The notes beneath the pieces are model-generated. The model did not search any database. It saw nothing but the letters and a program-made list of their open reading frames with translations, and was not told the origin of the DNA. A stretch of DNA of 64,000 nt from Phallusia mammillata (Eukaryota), in contig OZ281501.1 in assembly GCA_965637545.1 (NCBI GenBank), positions 11,966,001-12,030,000 on the forward strand, written 5' to 3'. Of the stretch, positions 37,601-48,524 are shown piece after piece (within the stretch, counting starts at the first letter, position 1; each line of letters starts with the position of its first letter). The position numbers and the translations under genes were made by a program.

Positions 37601-38246
37601 GGTCGCTGAGAGGGATGGCTACTATGTGAGGTCAGTCACGTTTGGGTTATTTGATGGAAAAGATGATTGTGCAAAATCAGTGTTTCGTTAAATAAAGCCG
37701 GGTACTTTTTGCTATGTAACATTTTAACAGTAATCTTATGAAAAAAGTCAAACAGTATCAAGTTGAATGTGCCTAAGCTTTTGTTGCGCCTTTGAGCACA
37801 TTTTTATGCTTACACAAAAAGATCACTCCAAGTGTTTAAAATGTTGAGAGAAAAACTACCGACTCAATGTCATTGAGAAATGAATTTCCGTTTTAAGTCA
37901 AGTCTTTGTACCACAATTCGTCATAACTTCTATAACTTTTTTTCAAAACAGCCGAAACAGCAAATCTGTGACATTCAGTCTTGGAGACAAAGGTGCCGAA
38001 AGTTCAATTCTTTTGCACAACCCCAACCCATCCACCCTGCACAACTCAACGAAGAAGCATTACATAACTGACAAATTGTCCATGGTGGTTGTCGATGTCG
38101 ACAAACCTGACAACCCTAAGTTACCGCGCGATGGCTCACTTACAGCCAGAATAACGTCACCGGCCCACACACCAAAGGGTTTGTCGCCCAGGACAGGATT
38201 TTCAGACGTTTTGCGCCAAAGTCATTCGATACCTGTTCGACCCTAA
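31677..38246 (+). CDS. Multi-exon gene for an unknown Ser/Thr/Pro/Arg-rich, probably disordered protein; 3' exons well supported, 5' part uncertain or disrupted
   Basis: Exons 35448-35520, 35775-35975, 36210-36346, 36499-36874, 37436-37630 and 37961-38246 have GT-AG ends, matching phases and one continuous open frame. Candidate upstream exons (from ATG 31677, ~32120, ~32910, ~33488, 34245-34410) do not join without a stop or frameshift. The start coordinate is tentative. Confidence 0.6.
34984..35314. mobile_element. hAT-type (Buster/Charlie-like) MITE, intronic
   Basis: TIR CAGTGGTTCTCAACC / GGTTGAGAACCACTG, perfect 8-bp TSD GTCTAAAA, multiple GCGGACCGG subterminal repeats. Confidence 0.92.
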
Positions 38247-39656
38247 GGAGTCCGCTTAGTCTATATGTTATGTTACAGTTCCATAATATGCAACACATGT
38301 TTGCGAATGAGAGCGGTTAAAAAAATTGCTGCATTTTGTCAATTGTTTGCACTTTTGTTTTTGTATGTAAAGCTTCCACCAACGAACCATGCTTTTAGAC
38401 GCTTGAGTAGTTGTTGTACTATGTTGCTAAACAAATATATCACCTATAGGTGCTCGTAAATACTCGTAAATGGCGACCGTAGTTAGTCAATTTTTTTTTT
38501 GTAAAACCAAAACGTTTGTCGAAAAAAAAACAAGCTCTTTTAAGGATTAAGGAAAAAAACTGTCTTTTATGTGCTAATACTTTAACAGAAATTTAAAGAA
38601 TAGTTGTCAGACAATTTTATTTCCATTGTATTATTTATAACTCTTTGTTTAACGTTTCTATATTTTTGTTTTGTTGTGTCTACTTTAATTGGTTTTGTTT
38701 CAGTCACACGACATATATCTTCTATTTACACTGTGGTTGGCGTTGGTGCTGGCGCATGGCCATTTAAGTCATTTTGTAAAACACTAATTACACTAAAGTT
38801 TAACGCACAGTAGCTAGAATTTGGCCACATTTACTTAAAATTTAGTCGAGACAAAATGTGACTGTATCTTATTGCAGTCGTTTTTCTGTAACCGTGGCAT
38901 GACATGAAGAGCTTTAATGGAAAATACGCGCGAGTTTTTAATCTTCAAACCAGCTCAGACAAACATTCATGTCACGATGTGCTTGGTCTGTGCATAAACA
39001 TAGGATTGTTTCGATCATTCGAGACATGACTGTTCGGTGTCGTGACTATCATGTGTCAAGGCTTGCAAGTTTAAAGAATCGTTTCCGCGAACAATACTTG
39101 TAAAATTTCAGTTCGTGACATTAACCAAATTAGAGAATTCCAAATAGCTGCACATGTGTTTTAATGCTTGTTGAGTAAAAATGTTGTGCTTCGCATTTGG
39201 CTGATGTTATAGAGTTGTTCCGAAATCTTTTGTCGTATATTTGCACTATTTTTGTCGTCGTTGTTTTTTCGACAACTTCCCTTAAAATACATATAATATA
39301 TAGCACTCGAAGTCTCCAACTGTTTGTCTGACACACACACTTGCACTTAAAATGCATTTATTGTTTACATGACCAACATGATACACACGGTATAGTGAAA
39401 AATACATCGCACATATTAATTACTATCAATCATTCATCTTCATTTCACCACAACAGTGCAAAAAGCGAAAACATAAAACGTTTGCTTGCCCAAGGTTGTG
39501 CAACAACATCTTGACGCAGAGGGAAACCGTATTTTTTACAGTAGTAAACTGTTTAGTTTAATCCACATCGTTGGCCCTTTACAACGATTTCTCTTGGTTC
39601 TGTGCAACATTTTGGAGCACACCAAAGTCAAAGTCTGTGAAGATGTTTTTTCTTTT

Positions 39657-40212
39657 TTATGTTTTTCTTGGAAGGATGTCCTCATCTTTAGTCACGTGAA
39701 CAATTGTGGAATCAAGATCCCCTTCCCGATGCTTCACAACCTGCGGGATAATGATGTCCTCCTTTACGCAGTCTGGAGACAAAGGAACCGGTTGAAGTGA
39801 AGTCTGTCGGTAGAGTTTCAGTTTCTTCAGAGTAATTTCGAATTCTCGCGACATCTGCAAATGCATTTAGTTTGTTAGAATTTAGCCAAAAACACACACA
39901 AAAAAGTATCAATAATTTTATCGGCAAATACTTTAAAAATATAGCAAAAGTGCAACCTACCCTTTTCTTTTCTGCTTCCTTAATGGATTCCCTGAACAGC
40001 CTCACGTCCATTTTCTCAATGTTTTCGTTTTGCGAGACCACTTGTTTTTCTTTGGGTTGAAGGTCACTTGAAGCTGAAAACGTTGGTGTTTGAGCGATGG
40101 ATTGCTTTGAACCACTGCGTTTGATTGCTTTTTTGATTTTCGGAAAGTACTTTGCAAGAGGCCTCCTCCGGGAATGCAAACTTCGCTGTTTTATGGATAC
40201 TTGTCTTCTCAT
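39657..40212 (-). CDS. Small basic orphan protein (~150 aa), two coding exons
   Basis: MRRQVSIKQRSLHSRRRPLAKYFPKIKKAIKRSGS...KEAEKKR joins through a phase-0 intron of ~100 nt (aagg|gtaggt ... tttgcag|ATG) to MSREFEITLKKLKLYRQ...DILPRKT*. No family recognised; an additional upstream exon is possible. Confidence 0.45.
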
Positions 40213-40986
40213 TGTTAGTTTTTCTTTAATTAAACACATGTATATATTTCTGCAACAAAAATGCGTAACAATTAGCTTTAGGAAATTTGGAATCACAATA
40301 CAAAAATGCTAGAGCTTTGCCTTTAACATGTGTAGATTTATTAATCTTCGATCACTGTTTTCAACGAAGCTTGTTTGCATCTGATGGCGATCCAAGTCCA
40401 CAGCCCCGTTATATAGCACCGCATGCACCACGTGCTTCTGCTGTCACTTATCACGTGATGTATCACAATAATCGTGCAGAACACTTCCTGTAAAAAGTAT
40501 CAACGTTGTCTGCGTAATGACTGCACATCAGCTTGTGACTGTCCAAAAATTTTTGCGACTGCTAAGAATCATAGATTTTTTTCTTCTGTCCACAACTGTT
40601 GGTTGGTGTATTAAATAGGACTCTACTTTTCAAAAGACCTTTACGTGGCCTCGCCAATATAAACCAACCATGATTAAACATATTAACGTTCGTGGTTACA
40701 CTTTTGCCATGCAAATTGCGCAATCAAGTCATCACACCGAAATTACCAGGTCGGGGTGTCTGGTAAAAATACAAACGATACCGCGTGACTGATGAAGACA
40801 CGCGACCGATTTTCACAACAACGTGACAATTTATCATTGGATGGTCATAAAAAATACTTACTCGGAAAGCACGGTATTATAGTGTATGACTGGACAAGAA
40901 GGTTCGAGATATTTAAGTTTTACTCCTGTAAAGTTTTTTGATTCAGTGTGATAAAAAGACCTTAAGTTTTACATTTTGATCTAAGC

Positions 40987-41398
40987 CAGCGGTTCCCAAA
41001 CTGGGGTCCGCGGTCCTTTAGGGGTCCGTGAGGCAATTTTGGGGGGACCGCGAAGTGGTTGAAGTAATTCTATAATTCTCAGTTTGTGCCACTAAATAAG
41101 TTTAAATCAAAGTAGAATTAAAAATCGACTGTCTCCATTGCTAAACAATAGCCTTTATTGTATGACAGCTATCAAAAATGCAATTGTTCGCGCACAATCG
41201 TAATGCTTTTTGTTTTGTCTGTGATGTCACAAGCTGTCTTTAGATGATTTTTTAGCGCAATTTTGCATAACCAGCTAAAATCCTGGAATCAACTTTCGTT
41301 TTTATGAAATACAGATTTAGGCTTAAGGACCGCGAGCACTCGAAATAATAGCAAAGGGACCGTTTTGAAAAATATATGAAAAAGTTTGGGAACCACTG
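40987..41398. mobile_element. hAT-type MITE
   Basis: TIR CAGCGGTTCCCAAACT / AGTTTGGGAACCACTG; perfect 8-bp TSD ATCTAAGC. Confidence 0.92.
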
Positions 41399-42383
41399 AT
41401 CTAAGCAGACATGAAAACAAAATACAAAATAAACATGGTTTTGTAGTTAGGTGCATTCGAAACATCGAATTTTTGAAATCAAGGCAATTTGTCGGAAGTG
41501 AAACTTGAGGGATTGGTCGTTTATAAGTTGGATTTCGGCGCAAACTGTTTTAAATTCGACCGAAACCGAACTAAACATCGCCAAAATGACATATTCGGTT
41601 GAAATGTCGGTACGACCGAAACTTTGGAGCATGGATAGTTTTACTTGAATATACTTGATTTGTTAACACATACAAACAAAAATTTTGTCGTGATTATTTA
41701 CAGAGCTAACAATTACACATGCTTCGTTACGTAACCAATCGTTAATCCACAAGATCTCGTTAAGCAACTGTTTCTGGAAAGTACTTGTGCAATTTCTTTC
41801 CAACTCAAAACTGAAAGGCGTATCAAACTGTTGTTAAAAGTTACTGTATGATTGCGCAAAAAGCTTGCGTGAATCAATTACAGTCGCAATTTCGCTAATA
41901 CTGAGGTCAGAAAATCCCATAGTCTATAATAAAGTGCAGTGAAATCTAGCTATAAACCAAATTTTGGAAAAAGGTAAAAAATAGTCCCGATTGTTGAAAC
42001 GTCTGCGTGATGTATTCTATATACATCTGCGTGATGTATTCTTACTTAAGTAACATTAGAATTTCTCAACTTTTAGGATTACGAATCGGATGTCACGATT
42101 TGCTATAATGTATCTGTTAAGTTATTGCATTGACCAACAGCAATTTCCTTATAACTCTTGTTATGTTTGTTCAATATTTGTGAATTCCTCTTTAAACCCT
42201 GGGCTAATATCTGGACCGTAGCGTATTTAATTTCAACTTCTTGTGGTACTTAACGAGAAAAAGTTTAAATATCACTGCCACAGTACACTACACATGAAAT
42301 GTCCAGTCCTAGTCTTAATACAGAGAAAAAAGTTTCCTAAAAAGACCGTTTCTTAAAAACTTTATTCAAACAATAATAAGTAA

Positions 42384-43784
42384 TCAAGATCTATGTAAAG
42401 TTTTCCTTCTTCTTTTCCTGTGATTACCAAGTTTAAGCACAGGCGACAATTGAGGTTTATCAGGTGGTGCATCAACAACTTTACTGCATTGTACATCATC
42501 ACAAGGACCTGTGTCTGTATCTTCATTTGCCAGTGAAAAAGGTGGTTTGGGCAAGTCATCATCTAAATCAGATTCTTCTGAGTCATTTGGTTTACGTTTC
42601 TTGCAGGTTTGTTTTATTTTTATAGAAGTGCTGTCATCATCAAAACTGACACATTGAGTTAATGGAAACTTCATTACACTTTCTGCTGAACTTTTATCTG
42701 CCATGGTCATTGAATTAATATATCCTTGTACCTGCATTTCAGGTGACACTTTTGCATTTTGTGTGTTAGTTTTTAATTGATTTGCTTTGAACTCTTTTAA
42801 ATTACTGTCAGTACATGGGCTTTCAGTGTAGTCAAAACATTTTGAATCATCTTGGCAGAAAATGTCTAGCAATCTTTGCGACAGCTCAATGAATTCTTCA
42901 TTGATTTCCTGCTTTGTAATTGCCCTTGTTTTCAAAGACATATCTAGAGAAGCCTTTGGTGATGAGCTCTGTTTGGGTTGTTTCTGTTTACTTGGAATGT
43001 CTCTGAATCCCTCTTTCACAATCATATACTTTACTGCATCCCTTGATTTACTCGGTGACTTGTAGAGCAGAGCAAACCTCTCATTTTCCTGTTTTATTAA
43101 CATGATTTTGGTAGCTGCAACATGACTCCAAGTCGCGCCAAGTGCAGGTATCATTACCCCACTTGATCCAATTGCAGAGAAACTGGTTGTTACTTGGTTG
43201 ATCAGAACAACTGCCAAGTTATCATTAATGGCTAAGGATCGAAGTTTTTGAGCAAGATCATTAAGAACTTTGTTTCTGGTCTTCATGTCCTCTTCAGCTC
43301 GGACACAGTTAGCAATACTGTCCACAACTAATAATCTTACATTAGGGTGGGTTTGGATAAAGCTCTGTAGTTGATGGATAGTTGCTATAAGGTCGACAAT
43401 TGTTAAACATTTAAACAGGTAGATTTTCGACATACACATGTCAATAGTAAAATTACTGCCACCATTCTGGCAAAGGTTTGTACAGTGTTGTACCACAGAT
43501 TCTGATATATCAACAAGTCTGTTGGTGGAGAATGTGTTTTCTGTGTCAATATAAATTGCCTGACCTTCAGCACCTCCAAGGGCAGAGGGAATTTGTACAT
43601 TGACAGATAACTGAAATGCAAGTTGTGTTTTTCCACACCCACTCTCACCAGCAATCTCTGTGACACTGCCTATGGAAATGCCACCACCTAAAGCTTCATC
43701 CAAAGACCGACAAAATGTGACAATACTTGATTGTTGTTTGGTAGATAACTCTTTTTGTAGAATTGAAGCTGCAGTCTGAAACAT
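42384..43784 (-). CDS. RAD51C: DNA repair protein RAD51 homolog 3 (RAD51C), intronless CDS, long C-terminal extension
   Basis: SIVTFCRSLDEALGGG, Walker A GESGCGKT, QLSVNVQIPSALGGAEGQAIYIDTE, Walker B LLVVDSIA, PALGATWSH, GFRD match the RAD51C pattern as I recall it. The first ATG is at 43784 (the ORF track starts at an upstream TTG). Confidence 0.88.
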   Translation of the reverse strand: MFQTAASILQKELSTKQQSSIVTFCRSLDEALGGGISIGSVTEIAGESGCGKTQLAFQLSVNVQIPSALGGAEGQAIYIDTENTFSTNRLVDISESVVQHCTNLCQNGGSNFTIDMCMSKIYLFKCLTIVDLIATIHQLQSFIQTHPNVRLLVVDSIANCVRAEEDMKTRNKVLNDLAQKLRSLAINDNLAVVLINQVTTSFSAIGSSGVMIPALGATWSHVAATKIMLIKQENERFALLYKSPSKSRDAVKYMIVKEGFRDIPSKQKQPKQSSSPKASLDMSLKTRAITKQEINEEFIELSQRLLDIFCQDDSKCFDYTESPCTDSNLKEFKANQLKTNTQNAKVSPEMQVQGYINSMTMADKSSAESVMKFPLTQCVSFDDDSTSIKIKQTCKKRKPNDSEESDLDDDLPKPPFSLANEDTDTGPCDDVQCSKVVDAPPDKPQLSPVLKLGNHRKRRRKTLHRS

Positions 43785-44449
43785 GTCATTGATAAACCTG
43801 TGTACTAGCAAAAATTAAGGCTTTGCTTTTAGCTTAGGACACTTTCGGTCGAATGTCAATTTTGCATCGCACAAAAGCACGCCTTTCAATAAAGATTCCA
43901 ATGTACCAATGACAATTAGGTTATTGTTGACTTGTTTTGGTAAATAATTAAATATATTGATTTCGCGCACTTTCGTCAAAAATTTTCTTCGCTCATCCAA
44001 AGTATGATGATAAAATTTTATTTCAAATACCACAAAAAATAAAAATATTTTAAATATAAACCCATAAATTTGATTTTTAAAAACTTCAAACTATAATTTT
44101 TCATTTAATTTAGAAAAAAACGTTGTTGGATTAGGAAATAATGACTAAAGCATCTTTAAGTAACTTTAGTGCTAAATTCATAGATTGACAGTTAAATACC
44201 CCCATTTGGTGAATCCCCCAATCAGCAACTGTGCGTTGTTTGTTTTCTAAGTTTTGTAGCCATGAAAATACTTGACACTTACCTCGAAAATCGCTTCATG
44301 GGCCGAAAAAGTACCGCGGACCAGTTTGGGAACCGGTGATTTAGCCCAGTTCCGAGGTATATCAAAAATACTCAAGCAGTCACTTCCCATTAGCACACAG
44401 TCGCAGCTCTTGCCCGCCACCCAACGGTTAAAGTTTATCTTAACCATTA

Positions 44450-44723
44450 GGTAGAGCTACTAACACCATAACTCACTTGACACCCAAAGTCGATTAGGGG
44501 GCGTAAAGAGCTGAATTTTTTATTTAGCGGCTATAAATGGGTTGGGTTGGGAAATAAGTTTTTAATTTTTTTACATTAGTAACTCATTTTTTGGGTTAGT
44601 TTTATTGAATTTTAAGTGCTAATACCTTACCCCGACCCTAATAGCCCTAACCGTAAGCATTTTTGGAGATATAACCAAATCGACTTTGGGTGTCAAGTGA
44701 GTTATGGTGTTAGTAGCTCTACC
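44450..44723. mobile_element. MITE with ~45-bp perfect TIRs, MULE-like
   Basis: GGTAGAGCTACTAACACCATAACTCACTTGACACCCAAAGTCGATT is exactly inverted at the right end; 9-bp direct repeat TAACCATTA on both flanks. Confidence 0.85.
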
Positions 44724-45148
44724 TAACCATTAAACCGGTGTTTAAAGAGGACTTAATTGAAGAACGAAATCAGGGTGATCATTGTTGTGTATTTTAAAGA
44801 TTTGCTAAAACTCAACACGATATAAATACAAATAAAGTGTTGCTACCCGTTACTGCATTATAGGCCGACAATGCACCAAATCTTCGAACAGCGTGAAAAT
44901 AACCACTAGTCCCGCAATGGACTAAAACTTACACGACTCAGTAAATACAAGAAACTGATTTTATGTTTGTTAGACCTTTTGTTGGCTCGCATGATTAGTA
45001 ACATTGACTACAAGTGTTTAACGGGTTGCACATATTATTACGCAACATATGTACATATCAATGCTGAACCAGCAAGCGTTCTCATACAAAGTCATTCGCT
45101 TGCTCTCATCTTGACCTCTATTTTACCAAATAGCAAGATAGTTCGATC

Positions 45149-46867
45149 TTACACCACTGTATCAACTTCCTCCACGACTTCGTTGTTTTCTGGAGGTGGT
45201 ACAGGCTCGTTCGCTTTCTTCGGTGCGCTCAAGGCACCACCTTCGTCAAATTTCTTTCCCGCCTTTGACGCAAATAAAGCATAAAGGGCGTGACCGATCA
45301 CAACCGCCAGAGAAGAAATGATAACCAAGACGCCGAATTGGCTAGGAAGGGGCATAAACAGCACAAGAATGAATCCGATCATATCCATTGACATGCTGAG
45401 CGACATTTGTACGCCATTCACAATGCCTCGCTCTTTTTCAGCCACGTTCTCCTGAATAAGCTGCGTCACTGTTAGATCAAAACTCCAAAGTCCAGCTCTT
45501 GCTATAATGATGCCGCTAAGCAGCAACCAAAGTGACAGAAAAGATGGAGGTGGCACCACTTCGTCCAGACACTTGTAGAAGATTCTTGGCGATAAACCGT
45601 GCTTGTCATCTTCCACTGGGTGAGTAACGTTATCGTATACAGGAGTCATTGCTGCCACGGTTACGTTCGTGGTGTTCATTGCAGGTGTAGGAACCATGGC
45701 TAGTTTTGTGGTTAAAGCTTCGTACATGGTTGGGCCTTCAACGCCATAATGTCCTGTATAGGCAAAGAAAGGACTGCCAGGCACAAAAAGTGAAATCAGG
45801 CACGGAATAAGAGTCAGATTTTGGAAAATTCCCGAGTACACACCAGTTTTGACCAAACCAAGGTACTTTCTCATCAGGGGAAACGCATACGTGCCAGCGA
45901 TTCCAGCTACCGCCGAAGCTCCCAGGAGGATTCCCACCAAGAACTCGCTAAAGCATTGGTTGTACGCATACGAGGTGGAGACATATCCGAAATTCAAGAC
46001 AGTTAGGAAAAGACACGCCAAGCCGACACCTGCTTTTGTTATGGTTTGTGCCATATACAGCTTCCAGCCATCTATGATAATAATAATAAACCCAAACATC
46101 CTGCGCCATACTGGCTCATCTTTTTTATCCTTTTTCTTGTCTTTTTTTTCAGAACCACTTGCCTCCCCATTGTGACCATCTTCCTCACCGTCTTTGCCAT
46201 TTTGAAGAGTCTCCAATTCTTCTGTGTCCCCGCCCTTGGTATGAAGCGCAGGGGTGCGGTTATACACAATGCGGAGCAACATATATTCCGTAACCATCGA
46301 GCACAAATTCCAACCCACGATGAAGTAGGCACCGCCAGTAAGTGAGGTTAACGCCATGATCTGACCGCACGCAAGAGGCGAAAGGATTTTAGTTACTAAA
46401 TCTATTCGCCGGACCATTGCATTTAAATCAGCGAGAAACGAGGTCTTTCCGGAAGCCACAACAACAATCCAGTCCTTTTGTATGATAATGCCCGTACCTG
46501 TGCTGGCCAGTAAACCGATGGCGCCCAAAACAATAGCGCCTACTTGTACAGCCGGAGCGTAACTTGCCTCGCGATCACCAAACTCGCGGTTTACGATAAG
46601 GATTGCCGCGCTTAGCGCCACGGCAAGGTTTTGAATGAACAAGCACACTGTAACTGCATACAAACGCGGCCTCCTGTCTATCCAATCGCCGACAAGAGGC
46701 GCAAAGAGCAGGACACTGCAGGAGAGAGTAAGTCCGTACGCTGCTGTGAGAAACAGCGAAAAGGGATCGAGATCCAAAAGGAAGAGAGGAATCGCAAAGT
46801 ACCACATACGATCGCCCCATGACGACAAAAAGTGGCCGATGTAGATGATAAGGGATGTTGACACCAT
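45149..46867 (-). CDS. SLC40A1: Ferroportin (solute carrier family 40 member 1) paralogue A, intronless CDS
   Basis: GHFLSSWGDRMW, LVGDWID, QKDWIVVV, LNAMVRRIDLVTKILSP, ARAGLWSFDLTVTQLIQENV, ERGIVNGVQ are ferroportin signature segments; complete 572-aa ORF. A splice acceptor lies in the 5' UTR near 46926. Confidence 0.96.
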   Translation of the reverse strand: MVSTSLIIYIGHFLSSWGDRMWYFAIPLFLLDLDPFSLFLTAAYGLTLSCSVLLFAPLVGDWIDRRPRLYAVTVCLFIQNLAVALSAAILIVNREFGDREASYAPAVQVGAIVLGAIGLLASTGTGIIIQKDWIVVVASGKTSFLADLNAMVRRIDLVTKILSPLACGQIMALTSLTGGAYFIVGWNLCSMVTEYMLLRIVYNRTPALHTKGGDTEELETLQNGKDGEEDGHNGEASGSEKKDKKKDKKDEPVWRRMFGFIIIIIDGWKLYMAQTITKAGVGLACLFLTVLNFGYVSTSYAYNQCFSEFLVGILLGASAVAGIAGTYAFPLMRKYLGLVKTGVYSGIFQNLTLIPCLISLFVPGSPFFAYTGHYGVEGPTMYEALTTKLAMVPTPAMNTTNVTVAAMTPVYDNVTHPVEDDKHGLSPRIFYKCLDEVVPPPSFLSLWLLLSGIIIARAGLWSFDLTVTQLIQENVAEKERGIVNGVQMSLSMSMDMIGFILVLFMPLPSQFGVLVIISSLAVVIGHALYALFASKAGKKFDEGGALSAPKKANEPVPPPENNEVVEEVDTVV

Positions 46868-48524
46868 TTCGTTAGTAGCTGACCAATGCCCTACTCACTT
46901 AAGACCAACACTCCAGTGTTGTAAGCTGTACATAAAAAAACGGTTAGTATTAATTGGCAACAACATGGTTTGCACACGGACTTTGAGTTTGTTTCACTGC
47001 GGAAATTGACTACTTCTGCAAATCAATCAACGACAAGTTCATTGCACATCAAATGCTCTTTGTATTTCAGTGAAACGCAACCTTTGGTCAGATTTACACA
47101 TTACGTACACAACTATAAGTTATTTACATATACTAGCAGATTATTTCTAAAAGAAAACATATCTTTTGCTTCTAATCTAAACCGTCATTGCATCTAAAAC
47201 TGCGATTTGTATGCAGCCAAAATAATACTATTCATTCAGACATTTTGCGATCTGCTGGAGACATTAAGACAGTTAGCATAAAATTACAAAACTAAATAAA
47301 TTCAGAAACAACCAAACTTTAAACAACCTCTCATCGCAATTCAGTTTTCGACCAAAACATATGAAGGTCAACCAAATATTATACAAAAAAATGAGTTATA
47401 TAACTTTGCAAGATGTTACCTTAAATCTATCTGTGATTTAATGTAAACAAAATTATTTACCCCCAAAACAGATACATATCATTGCACGCAGTTGCATGCG
47501 CCCAAAGCATTTTTAAACACGCCCTAGCAGTCACACAGATACAGCAACCTCCAAACTGCGAGTAGAGTATCAAATTTGCTGAGTCGCGTTTTCTACGCAC
47601 CGTGACTGTGCGGTATGCGAAGATAGTTGTGCTGCAACAAACGCTGATGGCAGAAAACCGACCAACTGTGTCAGTTGTAAAATAGTTCACCATGTAGGCG
47701 CTCTAGAGTAAAACCATGTTTTGCCGTGAGAGCAAATTTTGTTTACACATTGCTTGTTTTAAACAGCGCATGTTAAATTGAAACATTATCGTTAATATAT
47801 GCGAGTACCATGACGTACAAGTTCTGTCTCATATTCTCACACGTAGGAAGGTTTCGACTGAATGATTGACCTCTTCACCTAATTGTGCAACCAAACGAAA
47901 CTCAGATAAGTGTAGCACAAGCTCAATTTCTTTTTACTTAAGCATGCCAGAAAACCGCTAGTGCAACGGGAAAAAACATGTCAATTAGCTGTAACTGAAT
48001 GTTTGTGCTTGATATTAAATACAATCAAGTGTAACCTTGTTCTACTACCTTTCGAGCTTTTCAATGAGCTTTGGGGAACAGAGGAACCTGCTCATGGACA
48101 GATTTAACTTGTATGTATTCTGACAGCACAATGGAAGTATAAACTCACTGCTAACAATAGATTGCACAATAAATCAGCAAGCGAAAAATACGAGTAATAA
48201 CTTATAAGACAAAAAGTTGGAGCAAATAGCGAACAACCCAAGTACAAGAAATATAAGGGTAGCGTATGCTTGAACGAAATGCACTTGTTCCGAACAGTGC
48301 ATTAGATGACAATTAATAAGGTATTCAAACTTACAGCTTAGCATTCTCCGAATCCACGATTTGCATTTGGGATAATCACAAAAATATTCTTATGGTTTTA
48401 GACCAAACTAACATGGATAGGACCTCAGACACGAAGATCAAATAGTCGGACAAGGCTTGTCAATACCCATAAGGTGATAAATTCTGAAGTTGGACAAGCA
48501 TGAAAATCTGAAATCTGAAAGTAG

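Noticed and set aside
43815-44033. Upstream ORF as the missing RAD51C N-terminal exon
   Set aside because: It begins at GTG with no in-frame ATG and shows no resemblance to the RAD51C N-terminal helical domain; it is more likely UTR or promoter.
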